A DNA stretch of 64,000 nucleotides. Source: Eledone cirrhosa. Its lineage: Eukaryota. The notes beneath the pieces are model-generated. The model worked only from the letters and a program-made list of their open reading frames with translations. It did not search any database and was not told where the DNA came from. Position 1 is the first letter of the stretch. Each line of letters begins with the position of its first letter. The stretch spans positions 122,016,001 to 122,080,000 of the forward strand of contig OZ024745.1 in the NCBI GenBank assembly GCA_964016885.1, read 5' to 3'. Below, one piece after another: positions 1 to 11,594 of this stretch. The translations under genes were made by a program, and so were the position numbers.

Positions 1-429
1 AAAAATAAATTTATTTAACCGTTTGGCTTGATAATAACATTCAAGAGAAAAGAAGTGTTAAATAATTTCAAAACTTCACTTTATGTTCTAAACCAGAAAG
101 AAAATCTCTCTCTCTCTTCACGCACACATGATGTCTGTTTACAGAAAGTAGGCTAGCCATTGAAAGCTTAGTATTTTTGCCATGAATTCATCAGATGCCA
201 GTGATAGTAGAATACACACTTTGTCCTTCAGACAGAAGGCTGAAACACTACTGAATTAGCTATCTCAGTGAGCTGGAAATTATGAATGACTTGGTGAAGT
301 AGCTACTACAAAGACATTTGTCTTTTGAATAATTCAAAAAGGGATATTAATCATTTTAGTGTTATTTAATAATAATAATTGATCAAACTGAAAGTAAAAA
401 AGTTTGAGTTTTAGAAAAAAAATAGGATG

Positions 430-684
430 AGGCTATGTAGCCGGTAAAAGTGTCAGACAGTTGCGGCCCAGTTAAGACAATTTCAAATCTTTTTCACCAT
501 TAATTATCAAAAAACAAGTTAAAATCATTTAGTCGTCCATTCGTAATGTATGTTACACTTTAGTTACATACACACACATCTACACGTAAATACATAAACA
601 GATCAGACAACAGATGGAAGGGGCTGGTGAAATGCTATAGCGATGTGTGTTGCGTCCCTTTAGGGTTTACTGGCTACATAGCCT
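430..684. mobile_element. MITE-like element with 19-bp TIRs
   Basis: aggctatgtagccggtaaa ... tttactggctacatagcct (1 mismatch); TSD unclear. Confidence 0.65.
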
Positions 685-999
685 ATTTGAAAAAAATACC
701 ACTACAGCTGTCAGTCACAACAGTATGACTTAATATGTACCATACTTTTGATAAAGGTTTTAGGTGCGCATGTAGTCATGAGTTGACATTCCTTCCTTTC
801 AACAGCAGACAGCTGGAAATAGAGAGGGCTGCCCCAGAACTGGACAGATACTTTCTTTATTCACCCCAAAAGAATGAAAAGGTAAAATGGACCTTGGCAA
901 GATTTGAACTCAGCACACACAGACTAGGAACAAATATCCAATGTTCTAATGTCTCCACCAAATCAACTGCCTCTGTAGGAAAGATAGACAGAATATTTT

Positions 1000-1468
1000 G
1001 ATGATCCCAAGTCAAATGGTCAAATTGGCTAAAGAAGGTTTTAGATTTTCAGTTAAAAGAAAAAAATTATGACATTGTTTTGGACGAGTATAGCAGTGTT
1101 AATGAGCTTCTTAAGATAGGTATATCTCCATTCCGATCCAGGGCCTTCTAACTCCTGTTAGAGAAACCCCTCCCTGGTTGACCACCACCACTTTCTATTT
1201 GGTTTTGGTCATGTCAGCGGTGTAGCCATACTCACCACACTTAGCCCCTTGTTGTGAGGCTGTTTAATCCATAGTTGGGATGGATGGCCATTGACTTTGA
1301 GGAGTTCATCCTCCCCTTTAACAACTCTTGATTTTTGTGCTGCTTGAGTTCCACTCACCCTCCTCACCAGACCATGATTTGGTGGGGGAACCAGTTTAGT
1401 CACCAACCACTCGAACCAGGTTGTACTGGGTTATATGGTACCAGTAGCAGGCAGAAGCCTGACTTGAC
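1000..1468 (-). mobile_element. 5' fragment of a related RTE-type element
   Basis: Reverse complement shares cccagtacaacctg, gttggYgactaaactgg, ggtgaggagggtga and agtcaatggccatcc with 27456-27645. 5' end abuts (TA)n. Lower boundary approximate. Confidence 0.6.
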
Positions 1469-1487
1469 CATAATATATATATATATA

Positions 1488-1672
1488 GGGCGGTGGATTG
1501 GCAGTATCGGTAGAGGGTCGGACGCCATGCTTTCCAGCATAGTTACGTCCCTTTACGATCTGAGTTCAAATCCGGCCGAGGTTGACTTTGCCTTTCATCC
1601 TTACGGGGTCGATAAAATAAGTACCAGTAATGCACTGGGTAATTGCTGGCCTTGTGCCTAAAGTAGAAACAA
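1488..1672 (+). mobile_element. tRNA-derived SINE family A
   Basis: A-box-like tggcagtatcgg, B-box gagttcaaatcc, central gcctttcatcc...ggggtcgataaaataagtaccag. Other copies at ~8571-8760(+), 19668-19842(+), 50093-50305(-), 50315-50487(-), 53588-53693(-), 54008-54194(-), 54502-54685(+). Confidence 0.9.
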
Positions 1673-1773
1673 ATATATATATATATATATATAATATATA
1701 TATAATATATATATAATATATAATATATATATATATATTATATATATATTTATATATTATATATATATTATAT

Positions 1774-1810
<37 letters not shown>

Positions 1811-1884
1811 CAACATGAACGGACCTGTTATTTTTCTCTAAAAAGTTTTTCTCGCCACGTCAATCTTTATAATTTCTCATTCAT

Positions 1885-1920
1885 TCTTCTGATGAAGGAC
1901 TAGTGTCCAAAACGTTAAGA
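1885..1920 (+). ncRNA. Degenerate minimal hammerhead motif
   Basis: tctt-CTGATGA-a-GGAC tagt GTCC-AAAACGTTA-aga; GAAA mutated to AAAA. Lies in a ~200 bp island between (TA)n and (CA)n. Confidence 0.55.
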
Positions 1921-2009
1921 CCCTCTTCCTACTATTATTTCAAGCATCAAACTGATATATTCCTTCCATATACTGTACCACTTGTGTTGTTATTTCTGTT
2001 TACCTCTTT

Positions 2010-2043
<34 letters not shown>

Positions 2044-2104
2044 AGCAGTAGCACTAACATAGCATGATTCACAATAGAAATGTACATGAAGGCATATACA
2101 ATAT

Positions 2105-2365
2105 TTTTATGTATAATAAATATATATAAGTCTTGCTGTTATCATGTCACAGTTATCTCAGTAGCCATGTGACAATGCTAAAACATTACATAAGCTATAG
2201 CTTATTCTAATTTCAGCACTGACTGAGTGAACATCACTGATGATGGATAAAGCATCTTGAAACATTACTCTCTGACATTCTCACATGGCTACTGAGATAG
2301 CTGTGACATGATCACAGCTTCAAGCAGTTGTTGCAAGATTTTTATGTTTATTTATTATACATAAA
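2105..2365. repeat. Inverted repeat, ~70 bp arms
   Basis: atcatgtcacagttatctcagtagccatgtga pairs with tcacatggctactgagatagctgtgacatgat; AT-rich outer arms also pair. Confidence 0.85.
2237..2268 (+). ncRNA. Degenerate hammerhead motif in the loop of an inverted repeat
   Basis: CTGATGA-tggat aaagc atctt-GAAAC-atta. Confidence 0.45.
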
Positions 2366-2685
2366 TATATGTATAATATGCGTTCATATAGATAACTTTG
2401 ATAGGTTTTGGCCAGTATTGGCCCAGGTCATGTCTGACTTAATAGCACCACCTGTATCATTGTGTGTGATTTGCATGTTTTGTAATTTGCATGATGTCCT
2501 TTTTGAACCTTGTACATTGAATCAACATTTGTCATGCATGCGGCATGTTATCACAGGCATTAAAAAAACAATTTATAAGATATTTTGGGAACTATATTTA
2601 ATTTTGATTGATTTGATGATATGCTGCTAAAGAATGATATTGTATTATTGATAAGATTATTGATAAGATGTTTTCATCTTTTCAG

Positions 2686-2760
2686 GTATGTGCTCATCTT
2701 CACTTCACTTTATGGATTAATTTTCATCAATGTTTATTATCAATTAAATGGTGTGTAAAG
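2686..2760 (+). other. Candidate 75-nt exon (probably 5' UTR)
   Basis: ttttcatcttttcag acceptor and AAG|GTGAGT donor; non-repetitive sequence. Confidence 0.45.
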
Positions 2761-2987
2761 GTGAGTAATCTACCAGCCATCCAGATTTCTTTTTCTAAAT
2801 TTTATTATTATTTCCTATTTATATTTTCAAAAGATTCAAAGGGCAAGAAAAGAAAACCTTGAGTAAATAATCTGTACATTTATCTGTTGTTCAGCTCAAG
2901 TGTTTTCATAACTATATTTGTTTTTTTTTGTTTACCTTCTCATAAGTAGATTAAGTATATCATATTTGATTGAAATTGTTAATATAC

Positions 2988-3235
2988 TGGAGGTGTGTGA
3001 CCTAGGTTATTGACTTACGATCATAATGTCGTAGGCTTGATTCCTGGACTGGGTTGTGTGTTGTGTTCTTGAACAAAACATTTCATTTCACATTGTTACA
3101 GTATACTCAGCTGAAAATGCATACTTGCGTACCAGCAATAACTGTGATGGACTGGCGTCCTGTCCAGAGGGGAGTCATGTACTCTGTCGCTTCATGCCAC
3201 AGAAACCGGGATAATCCTCCAGGTTTGAGACATAC
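2988..3235 (+). mobile_element. Older CORE-type SINE
   Basis: gtgttgtgttcttgaacaaaacatttcatttcac...ctcagctg, then ctgtgatggactggcgtcctgtccag...cagaaaccggga. Confidence 0.7.
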
Positions 3236-3793
3236 TTTAGACTTTTTAGAGATACTTTAATGTAGATTTAATACAACATTACTGACTTGTAGAAATGCTT
3301 AAAGAATCTCTTGTATATTTATATTGAAGCAAAGAAGATTTAGCCAGAAATCCCCCTTTGTAATTATGTTAAGATCCTTGATCTTGCAAAATAACTGGTC
3401 AGTGTGACAGGTCACTCACTATTTACAAAACTGTTATATTTGATTTACTGTATTTCTATTCTAGATTGGTCTTGTGTAAATTAACAGTGACTATTTGTGC
3501 TTTGTACTTAAAGTTCAAGTATTAAGTACTTAGAGAGATGAATTGAGGAGGATGGGAAGAAAACAGGAAGAGAAAGCAAAATAGAGATAAGATGAGCGTA
3601 AAAGAGTGAAATTTAACAATAAATATATATAAAACTGATTATGTTGCTTCATTCATTCTACAAATGACTTGAACTCCACTTTTGTAAACTAATGGAACAC
3701 ATAATTACAGTGCTCTGCTCCATATAGCATTGAGCTTACATGTTGTTTTTTTTTACATCTAGATGAGCTAGTAAAACTCCCAAGTATTAAGTA

Positions 3794-3998
3794 TTAACCC
3801 TTTAGCATTTACATTATTCTATATTTACTATTATATTTTCATGGTAAAGGCTTTACCTCGAATTTATGAGATTTTGATATTATTATTTTGAGATCAATAC
3901 CTTAACATAAATATGAGCAGCAAGTTAGGGTCGGTTTGAATTGAAAGAAGTGAGAGAATTCTAGCCGGATATGGCCAGTTTAAATGCTAAAGGGTTAA
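3794..3998. mobile_element. piggyBac-like MITE (TTAA ends, TIR CCCTTTAGCATTTA)
   Basis: Perfect TIRs inside TTAA. Other copies at 14007-14247, 58003-58215 and ~60285-60512. Confidence 0.85.
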
Positions 3999-4365
3999 GG
4001 TGAGAGGAACATGAATTGAAAAAGAGAGGAGAAGGAGATGAGGGTAACACATTAATTAGACAAAGATCTTTAATCACTGATTATGTATGTAAAGTAAATG
4101 TATATAGGTTACACAAGATCTGATTTTATAAAAAGGTTTATCAATGAATCATTGTGTCCTCTAATTACTGTGTCCTCTAATTACTGCAGTTAGAACTGAT
4201 TTTCTTGGTTATTAAAAAAGTATCTTTAATGTGTAATAAAAATGTTTTTGTTTTCTCTACTAGTCTAGTATTTATATAAGTAATGGTAAAATACTATTAC
4301 CATTGTTAGTCATGGAATATGTTGTAAATAATAGTTCTATTGGCATTCTTTGAGTGTAAAACATC

Positions 4366-4872
4366 TTCCTCTTCCTTGCCTCCCCTTTCTTACCTCCTCC
4401 TCCCCTTCCTCATCTTTCTCACCTCCTCCTCCCCTTCCTCATCTTTCTCACCTCCTCCTCCCCGTCCTCATCTTTCCCACCTCCTCATCCCCTTCCTCGT
4501 CTTTCCCACCTCCTCCTCCCCTTCCTCGTCTTTCCCACCTCCTCCTCCCCTTCCTCGTCACCTCCTCCACCTCACAATCGCCTCCTCCTCCTCACAATCG
4601 CCTCCTCCTCCTCACAATCGCCTCCTCCTCCTCACAATCGCCTCCTCCTCCTCACAATCGCCTCCTCCTCCTCACAATCGCCTCCTCCTCCTCACAATCG
4701 CCTCCTCCTCCTCACCATCGCCTCCTCCTCCTCACCATCACCCCTCCTCCTCACCATCACCCCTCTTCCTCACCATCACCTCCTCCTCCTCACCATCACC
4801 TCCTCCTCCTCACCATCACCTCCTCCTCCTCATCGCCTCCTCCTCCTCCTCATCGCCGCCTCCTCCTCCTCC
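4366..4872. repeat. (CCT)n-derived compound repeat (about 29-bp and 20-bp units)
   Basis: Tandem ctcacaatcgcctcctcctc units; abuts the truncated RTE. Confidence 0.9.
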
Positions 4873-4875
4873 ACA

Positions 4876-6867
4876 CCTGCTTGTATTCATGATCGTATTC
4901 CTTCGATCATTCCCCAAGATTCATGACCACAGGTAAGGGTTGGCATGAATACCGAATTGAAGATAGCGAGTTTGGCTTTTACACCTACCTCCCTTCTTTT
5001 GATTACTGAATGGTGAAGCTGGCACATTACTGCACCAGATCCTGCAATTCTTGCACTTAATTCAGCCTTCTGCTTTCCATCATTCATTAATACACCGCTG
5101 AGATACTTAGGCTTGTCTACCTGCTTCAGCAGAACTCCATTCACATGTAGAGTGCACTGAGCAGACTTCCTTGAGAGGATGATGAGTCTCAGTTTTTGCA
5201 GCACTGATTTTCATTCTAGCCATGCAGCACTTGGCATCAAACCCATCAACAGCAAGTCAGAGATCACCATCTGTTGAGTTAAGTAACACCATGTCGTCTG
5301 CAAATTCCAACCGACTTATTTTACACCTGCCAATCATAATACCATTTTCAACTCGGCTGCACATGTCAATCCTGTTCATGAAAATAATGAACAGGAGAGA
5401 TAATAGTGCGCACCCTTGGCGGAGTTTGACTCCGACATTGAATGGTTTCATTTTAGCACAGCACTGCAAGGAGCTGACCATTGATCCCACACTCCTGCAA
5501 AAACTTCTACAGCAGGTCTTGAGGAATGTGGTCATATGCTTTTTAAGATCAACAAAACAAGAATATACCACTTGACAATACTGACATGATTTCGGGAACA
5601 CCTGCCACAGTGTGAATATTTGGTCGGCTGTGCTGCATTCGCGGTGAAAACCGCACTGTTCATCAGCTAGCTTGAACTCAACAATCTACCTGTATATCTT
5701 TGCCAGACACTTAACATAGACTTTACCAGGGAAGGTTTAACAAAGAGATCCCTCTGTAATTGGAACAATCTCTCTTGTCTCCCTTTTTGAAAATTAGGAT
5801 TATCACTCCCGATTGCTTTGCTGTCTTTCCAGAGATCAAAGCCATATGGCACACGCGAGTCAGCCAGAGAATACCTTCTCTATTTAAGGCTTTTAAGATC
5901 TCCAGCTGGATTTTGTCTTCCCATGAGGCCTTTTGAGCTCTTTAATTGCTCTTGTGACCTCAGCCTGACCTCGGTGATTAGTCACTGCTACCAGATACAC
6001 CTCATGTACATCAGAAGATACTGTTGTGATCGGATTTAGATCAGTAAAGTATCTTCTCCACCTCGTGAGGATGCACCTCTCTGGAGAGAGAACCCCAGAT
6101 GTGTTCTTGATAGCAGGTGTCAAGGAGAGCTTCTTATTATGAAGTCAGCAGATGATCTGCCAGAACACTTTATTTGCTGATCTGAAGTTGGATTCCAGCT
6201 TAACCCCAAAGTCCTGCCATGTCTTAACTTTGGACACCTTTACTGTCTCTGCTGTGATTCTTCATGTCTGCTTGTACCGCAAGTGTAAAAAGGAGGACTT
6301 CTTTTCAAGCCAAGCTTTGTAAGCCTCCTTCTTTGCTTAGATGGTATCTTTGACCTCTTGATTGAATCAGGAGTCCTTCTGCCATCTGGAGCCACACCAA
6401 GCGACTTTCACCCACAGCATTTATTAGCTGAAATTGCTGAGCTGAACAATTTCCACTTTGTCTCCATGTCCTCAGTTTGCCAAGGGAGTTCTCTGAATGC
6501 AATAGTATCTGCATACCTGGTCCTGTTTACCTTATCCCCCAATGCTTCCCATTTTATCCTGTAGGTTGCGCAGGACCTGCCAGTTTTGTCAGCTTCTTTT
6601 GCTTTAGGTAGTCTTAAGTTGCAGATAACTAGATGGTGATCAGTTGATAGCTCAGCTCCTCTCTCAACAATAAACACCCAGCTCAGAAATGAAGAAATCA
6701 GAGACAATAAGAAAATTAATTATTGATCTGTGTCCCTGATTCCCCATACACCATGTGTATTTATGGATGTCTCTGTGCTGGAAGGTGTTCATAATAGAGT
6801 TCATTGCTAGAACAGAAGTCTAATAAGGCCTCTCTATTCTTATTTAGACTGGGGTCACCATTCCTTC
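4876..6867 (-). pseudogene. Decayed RTE (Rex3/Expander-like) LINE, EN C-terminal half + RT
   Basis: Frameshifted pieces: GAELSTDHHLV, CFVDLKK, FNVGVKLRQGCALLSLLFIIFM, LEFADDMVLL, KYLSGVL, PTLTCGHESW. Confidence 0.9.
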
Positions 6868-7875
6868 TTGGCACAGCGACACTGCTAGAGAACGGGTCGC
6901 AGGTGGCGAATACCAATACAACCATGAGATATAATAGTTAGTTGTGATATAACCAGGTAACTGCTGGCTGAATAAGCAACCCCAGACCACCAGCAGTAAA
7001 CTACACAGGGAAATGGCACAATGGATTACATCTGTAGCTCCCAAGAAAACTCTCACAACCCAGTGATGTAGTTATGATGAGGCGATTAAAGGCCGCCTCT
7101 AAAAAAAAGCCTAGTCTGTGTTTGAGAAAGTACCAGATTGGTAACTGGCACAAATAAGACCACTGAAACTGCAATATGGTGAGAGGAACAAAAAAGAACC
7201 ATGCTGCAGCGTCCTTCGCACAGGTTAAGAAAGGATAGCTCTGGCCTTATGAAGAAGGGCCTGTTTGAAAAATATATTGCAATCTCCATTTCCTGCCACA
7301 AAAATTGACATTGTGCCTGTGACCTGCCCTGGGATGTGGGATGGATGCACAAAGATTACATATTTTGAGGCCCTAAAGAGGGTCTGGAGGAAAGTAAACC
7401 TTGACAATTGGAACCTGGAACATCACAGCCCTTACAGGTAATTAGCAGGAACTAGTGGAGGAGGCTAGATATACTCAGGGTTTTCTCAACAAAGTTCCAT
7501 GGCTCTGATACTGTAGATTTGGATGGAGGATTGAAACTCTACTATTCAGGTGTGGCGCCAGAAATGACTACACAGGTGGGAGTAGGAATATTCACAAGCC
7601 CCTGGTTGTCAGTATGTGTTATGGACTGGATTCCATTTTGAGGGAGGATTTGCCCCTTGAAGCTTAAGCTGAAGGATAGGTCTCAGTGGGTGGTACAAGT
7701 TTGTGTACCAAACAAGGCGTCCGAATACAGATCCTTCCTTGATGAAATCACTGCAGCATTATATGATTCAGTCTTAACTACATATATCTTGATGGGAGAC
7801 TTCAATGCATATGTTGACACTGACCACGTGATATGGAATGGAGTGATTGGAAGGAATGGTGACCCCGTTCTAATA
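6868..7875 (+). pseudogene. Inverted 5' part (5' UTR + EN N-terminus) of the same RTE LINE
   Basis: LTIGTWNITA at 7401 and ILMGDFNAYV...WNGVIGRNGDP ending ~7866. The protein continues on the - strand from 6867 (RNGDPSLNKNREALLDFC). Confidence 0.85.
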
Positions 7876-8862
7876 CTTGTATATAAGTCTACAAATATTT
7901 GTCAAGAAAGTCAATGGTAAAATGGGGGTGTTGGCTTATATTCAAGGTCAATATTTTGCTGATTTTCACCAACTTCAAAATTTTATGCAAATGAGACTTT
8001 GACTTATAAACGGGATTTGGATTTTTGCCTATTTCTCATGGATAAAATAGGGGTTAGCTTATATTTGAGTATGTACATTAACTGTTAACGTCCTGTACCG
8101 CATGAAGCCACATCAGCAAGACATTCTTGAAAAAGTATAAAACATCACCCATTAGAAATAAAGTCTTCCAATATTGCAATTTTTACAAAAATTTGTCTGC
8201 TAGTAAATTAATAAATAAATTTTGAATGAATAAACTCATTTTGGGACATTTTCTGTAAAAGCATTACAGGATGTTAAGAGTTAAACTGAGTAGCAAATAT
8301 TAGGTCAATAAAGCGTGTAGTTGCTTTTTTTATAAAGAGAACCTACCTAATATTAATTATAGTATTGGTTAGAAAGGAAAGAATTGTATTAGTCACCCAT
8401 AATAAAATTAGATGACTAAGCTGGACATTTTTATGTACTCATTAAGCTATCAATTAAGATTAAGGTAATTCTCTTACAGTTTATGGCATTATAAGATTTT
8501 CTGAAACTTGTCTCATGAAAAATCATTAGCAACTAGCAAAGTATTCGACATTATTTTTATAATTGTATAAAGGGTGGTGGCTTGACAGTATCAGTAGAGT
8601 GTCAGACACCATGCTTTGCAGCATAGAGTTATGGTCCTTTATGTTCTGAGTTCAAATCGGGCTGAGGTTAACTTTGCCTTTCATCCTTACAGGATCGATT
8701 AAATAAAGCACCAGTAATGCACTGGGGTAATTGCTGGCTTTGTGCCAAAAGTAGAAACAATTATTTTTATACTTGTAGATGCTTAATGTGTATAAATTTA
8801 GCTTGCTTACTGACACCCATAAAATTCAAAATTATGTTATGATGATTTAAGATGAACACTAT

Positions 8863-9192
8863 ATCATCATCATCATTTTATGTCTGCTTTTCCCTGCTTG
8901 CAAAGGTGGAACGGGGTCTTCTTCAGCACAGCATCTCTCCATTCGTCACGGTCCCTCGCCATCTCCTCTGTGAGCTTCAGTGATCTGAGGTCAGCTCTCA
9001 CCACCTCCGCTCATGTTCTTCTTGGTTTTCGTCTCCTGTGTCTTCCTTCCACCGGGATTTCTTGACACTTCTTTACCTAGCGGTCATCTTCCATGTGCAT
9101 CACATGGCCATACCAACGCAGTCTTCTCTCCTGCACATTACAGTTTATCCCTCTTATACACAGTTTCACTCTCAACTCGTCTATGTTTGGTT
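8863..9192 (-). pseudogene. 3' end of an RTE-type LINE with (GAT)n tail
   Basis: Reverse strand reads ELRVKLCIRGINCNVQERRLRWYGHVMHM...EMARDRDEWR, then a short UTR and ATGATGATG. Confidence 0.85.
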
Positions 9193-9815
9193 GTCCTCTT
9201 TTATTCATTATAGTTCTCCAAGCCATAACAGAGGAGTTTAAGACTGGCTGCCCATGGGAAATTCTGTTTGCTGATGATCTGGTACTTATAGCAGAATTAG
9301 TAGAGGAGCTAGATAATAAATTCTGGCTGTGGAAACAGAAGTTGGAATAAAGGGGACTGAGAGTGAACCTAGCTAAGACTAAAGTATTGATAAGTAAGAA
9401 AGAGGAAAATACTCCGATTCCATCAGGGAAATGGCCATGCTCGATATGTAGAAAAGGAGTTATTATAAACTATATAGAATGTACACAATGCAGATCTTGG
9501 GTACACAAGAGGTGTAGTGGGATAGCAGGCAAACTAACAGGAAAGGAAAACTTCATATGTAGCAGATGTTCATGGAAAATTGATAGAAGTGTCAGTGATA
9601 GGTACATTTTTCAAATGCCGGTAGGATCTATAGAGGTGGTTGATAGCTTCTGATATTTAGGTGATCAGATTAGCAAGAGAGGAGGATGCTCCGAGACCAT
9701 AGTATCTAGAATAAGGACAGGATGGAAGAAGTTTAGGGAGCTGCTTCCTCTGTTGACAATGAAGGGTTTCTTCCTGCAAACGAAAGGTCGGTTGTATGAT
9801 GCCTGTGTGAGATGC
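9193..9815 (+). pseudogene. Inverted RT segment of the same LINE, with PHD-like Cys/His insertion
   Basis: PLLFIIVLQAI...LFADDLVLIAE, VNLAKTKV, WPCSICRKGV...CTQCRSWVHKRC...FICSRC, YLGD, KGRLYDACVR; internal stops. Confidence 0.85.
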
Positions 9816-9899
9816 ATGGGCAGCAGTATATACACACCTTGATTACCTGTACAGGCAATATTTTTAGAATACTGTTGAAGTGTGTATACATTTTTGGGT

Positions 9900-9949
<50 letters not shown>

Positions 9950-9993
9950 AAAGAAAAGAAATAAGATTTCGCTTCAAGCATAGCTTTATACAA

Positions 9994-10249
9994 ATATGTA
10001 TAGAAATTTTGTATTTCTAAAGAAACACGGTTTTAGGAAACCGTAGCTATGAAAACCCTGGAGCTAACGCCCTCTGGTGGTGTCCAGCAGAAACAAGGTT
10101 CTGAAGAAGGCCAGTCAAGCCTGAAATGCATAGACAGTTGTTGTCCTTGCTTCTGCTGAACACCACCAGAGGGCGTTAGCCCCGGTGTTTGCATAGCTAC
10201 GGTTTCCTAAAACCGTGTTTCTTTAGAAATACGAAATTTCTATACATAT
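9994..10249. repeat. Inverted repeat, ~105 bp arms, 46 bp loop
   Basis: 9994-10098 is the reverse complement of 10145-10249 with few mismatches. Confidence 0.92.
10098..10135 (+). ncRNA. Minimal type I hammerhead ribozyme motif in the loop of an inverted repeat
   Basis: GTT-CTGAAGA-AGGC cagtcaa GCCT-GAA-ATGCAT-A-GAC: intact core, 4-bp stem II, palindromic stem III. Confidence 0.7.
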
Positions 10250-11234
10250 ATATATTAGAAAGAGCATCCAGTGATAGAAACCAAGCTAAAATACAGATCC
10301 GTATGAGCTGGACATGGTCACCATGTTTCATAACATGACAATCTGTTTAACCTATGTAAATGTGAGAAAATGAATGTTAAATGATGGTGATGATATAAAA
10401 CATGTAAGGTAAATTTAAGGAGAGAGGCAACTACAGATTTTTAATCAGAAGTTTTTACAGCTAAGGCTTCTAATTCAAATGCTGTAGTTATACCCTCATC
10501 TTTTAACATAACACTTTCCCTGCTAGCAAGGGTTGGACTACATTAAATTTACCTTAAATCCTCTCATATATGCTGTATTCACAAATTTTATTTATGGAAT
10601 AAATCATGTAAATAGAAAAAGAAAAAAAAGACAATTTAGATTGTGAAGAATGGAATGCAAAATAGGAAAATAAAGAAAAAAGAGTTTGCATTTTGTATTA
10701 AAAGAATTTTTTATGAGATTTTCTTTTCGTTTAGATAATTGATTATTGGATAAATTTTAATGAAAATTTTAATCAAAATATACAGAGTGTGAGTTTTTCA
10801 AGGTAAATTTGGAGAAAAAGCTACTTATCAAAACCAAACATCAAGAAAACACTTTAGAATATTAGTTTCATCTATTAATAATCTTTTATCCTTCATTAGA
10901 AGAAAAATTAGTATAAAGAACAGCTACAATAAAAATATACAAAAACACACACATACGCGTGCACCCTAAATTAGATGTCTTTGATGGTATGCTATATTTT
11001 TTATGTGTAACGTAGTTGATAGTTTTTGATGTTTTTCCCATAAATCATTTTCAGAGTCTGAATACCAACTTCTGTTAGTGAACATCAAAGAAACATAGAT
11101 AGTTTTTTTGTACTATTAAAACCTATGAAGGTTTTGCCTTGACTTAGAGGGAGCTATTTGTTATTCTGTAATGTATAATGACAACACCACTTTTTTCTAT
11201 TTTGGTTCACCAAAACATTTTCCACTTGGTTTAA

Positions 11235-11337
11235 CACACAACACACACACACATTTACTCTTATACACACATACACACACATTTATTCCTATACACACAT
11301 ACACACACATTTACTCCTATATACACACACACACACA

Positions 11338-11393
<56 letters not shown>

Positions 11394-11594
11394 CACACAC
11401 ATTTACTCCTATACACACATACACACAGATTTACTCCTATACACACATACACACACATTTACTCCTATACACACATACACAGACATTTACTCCTATACAC
11501 ACATACACAGACATTTACTCCTATACACACATACACAGACATTTACTCCTATACACACATACACAGACATTTACTCCTATTCACACATACACAC
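11235..11594. repeat. ~28-bp CA-rich minisatellite with (GCAC)n insert
   Basis: acatttactcctatacacacatacac(ac/ag) repeated. Confidence 0.9.

Noticed and set aside
4340-4936. Pro/Ser-rich ORFs
   Set aside because: (CCT)n-derived repeat, open in two frames.
6851-6867. Apparent P2/P3/L3 of an HDV ribozyme (ggggtcaccattccttc)
   Set aside because: It is the reverse complement of LINE coding sequence (RNGDP) duplicated at the inversion point.
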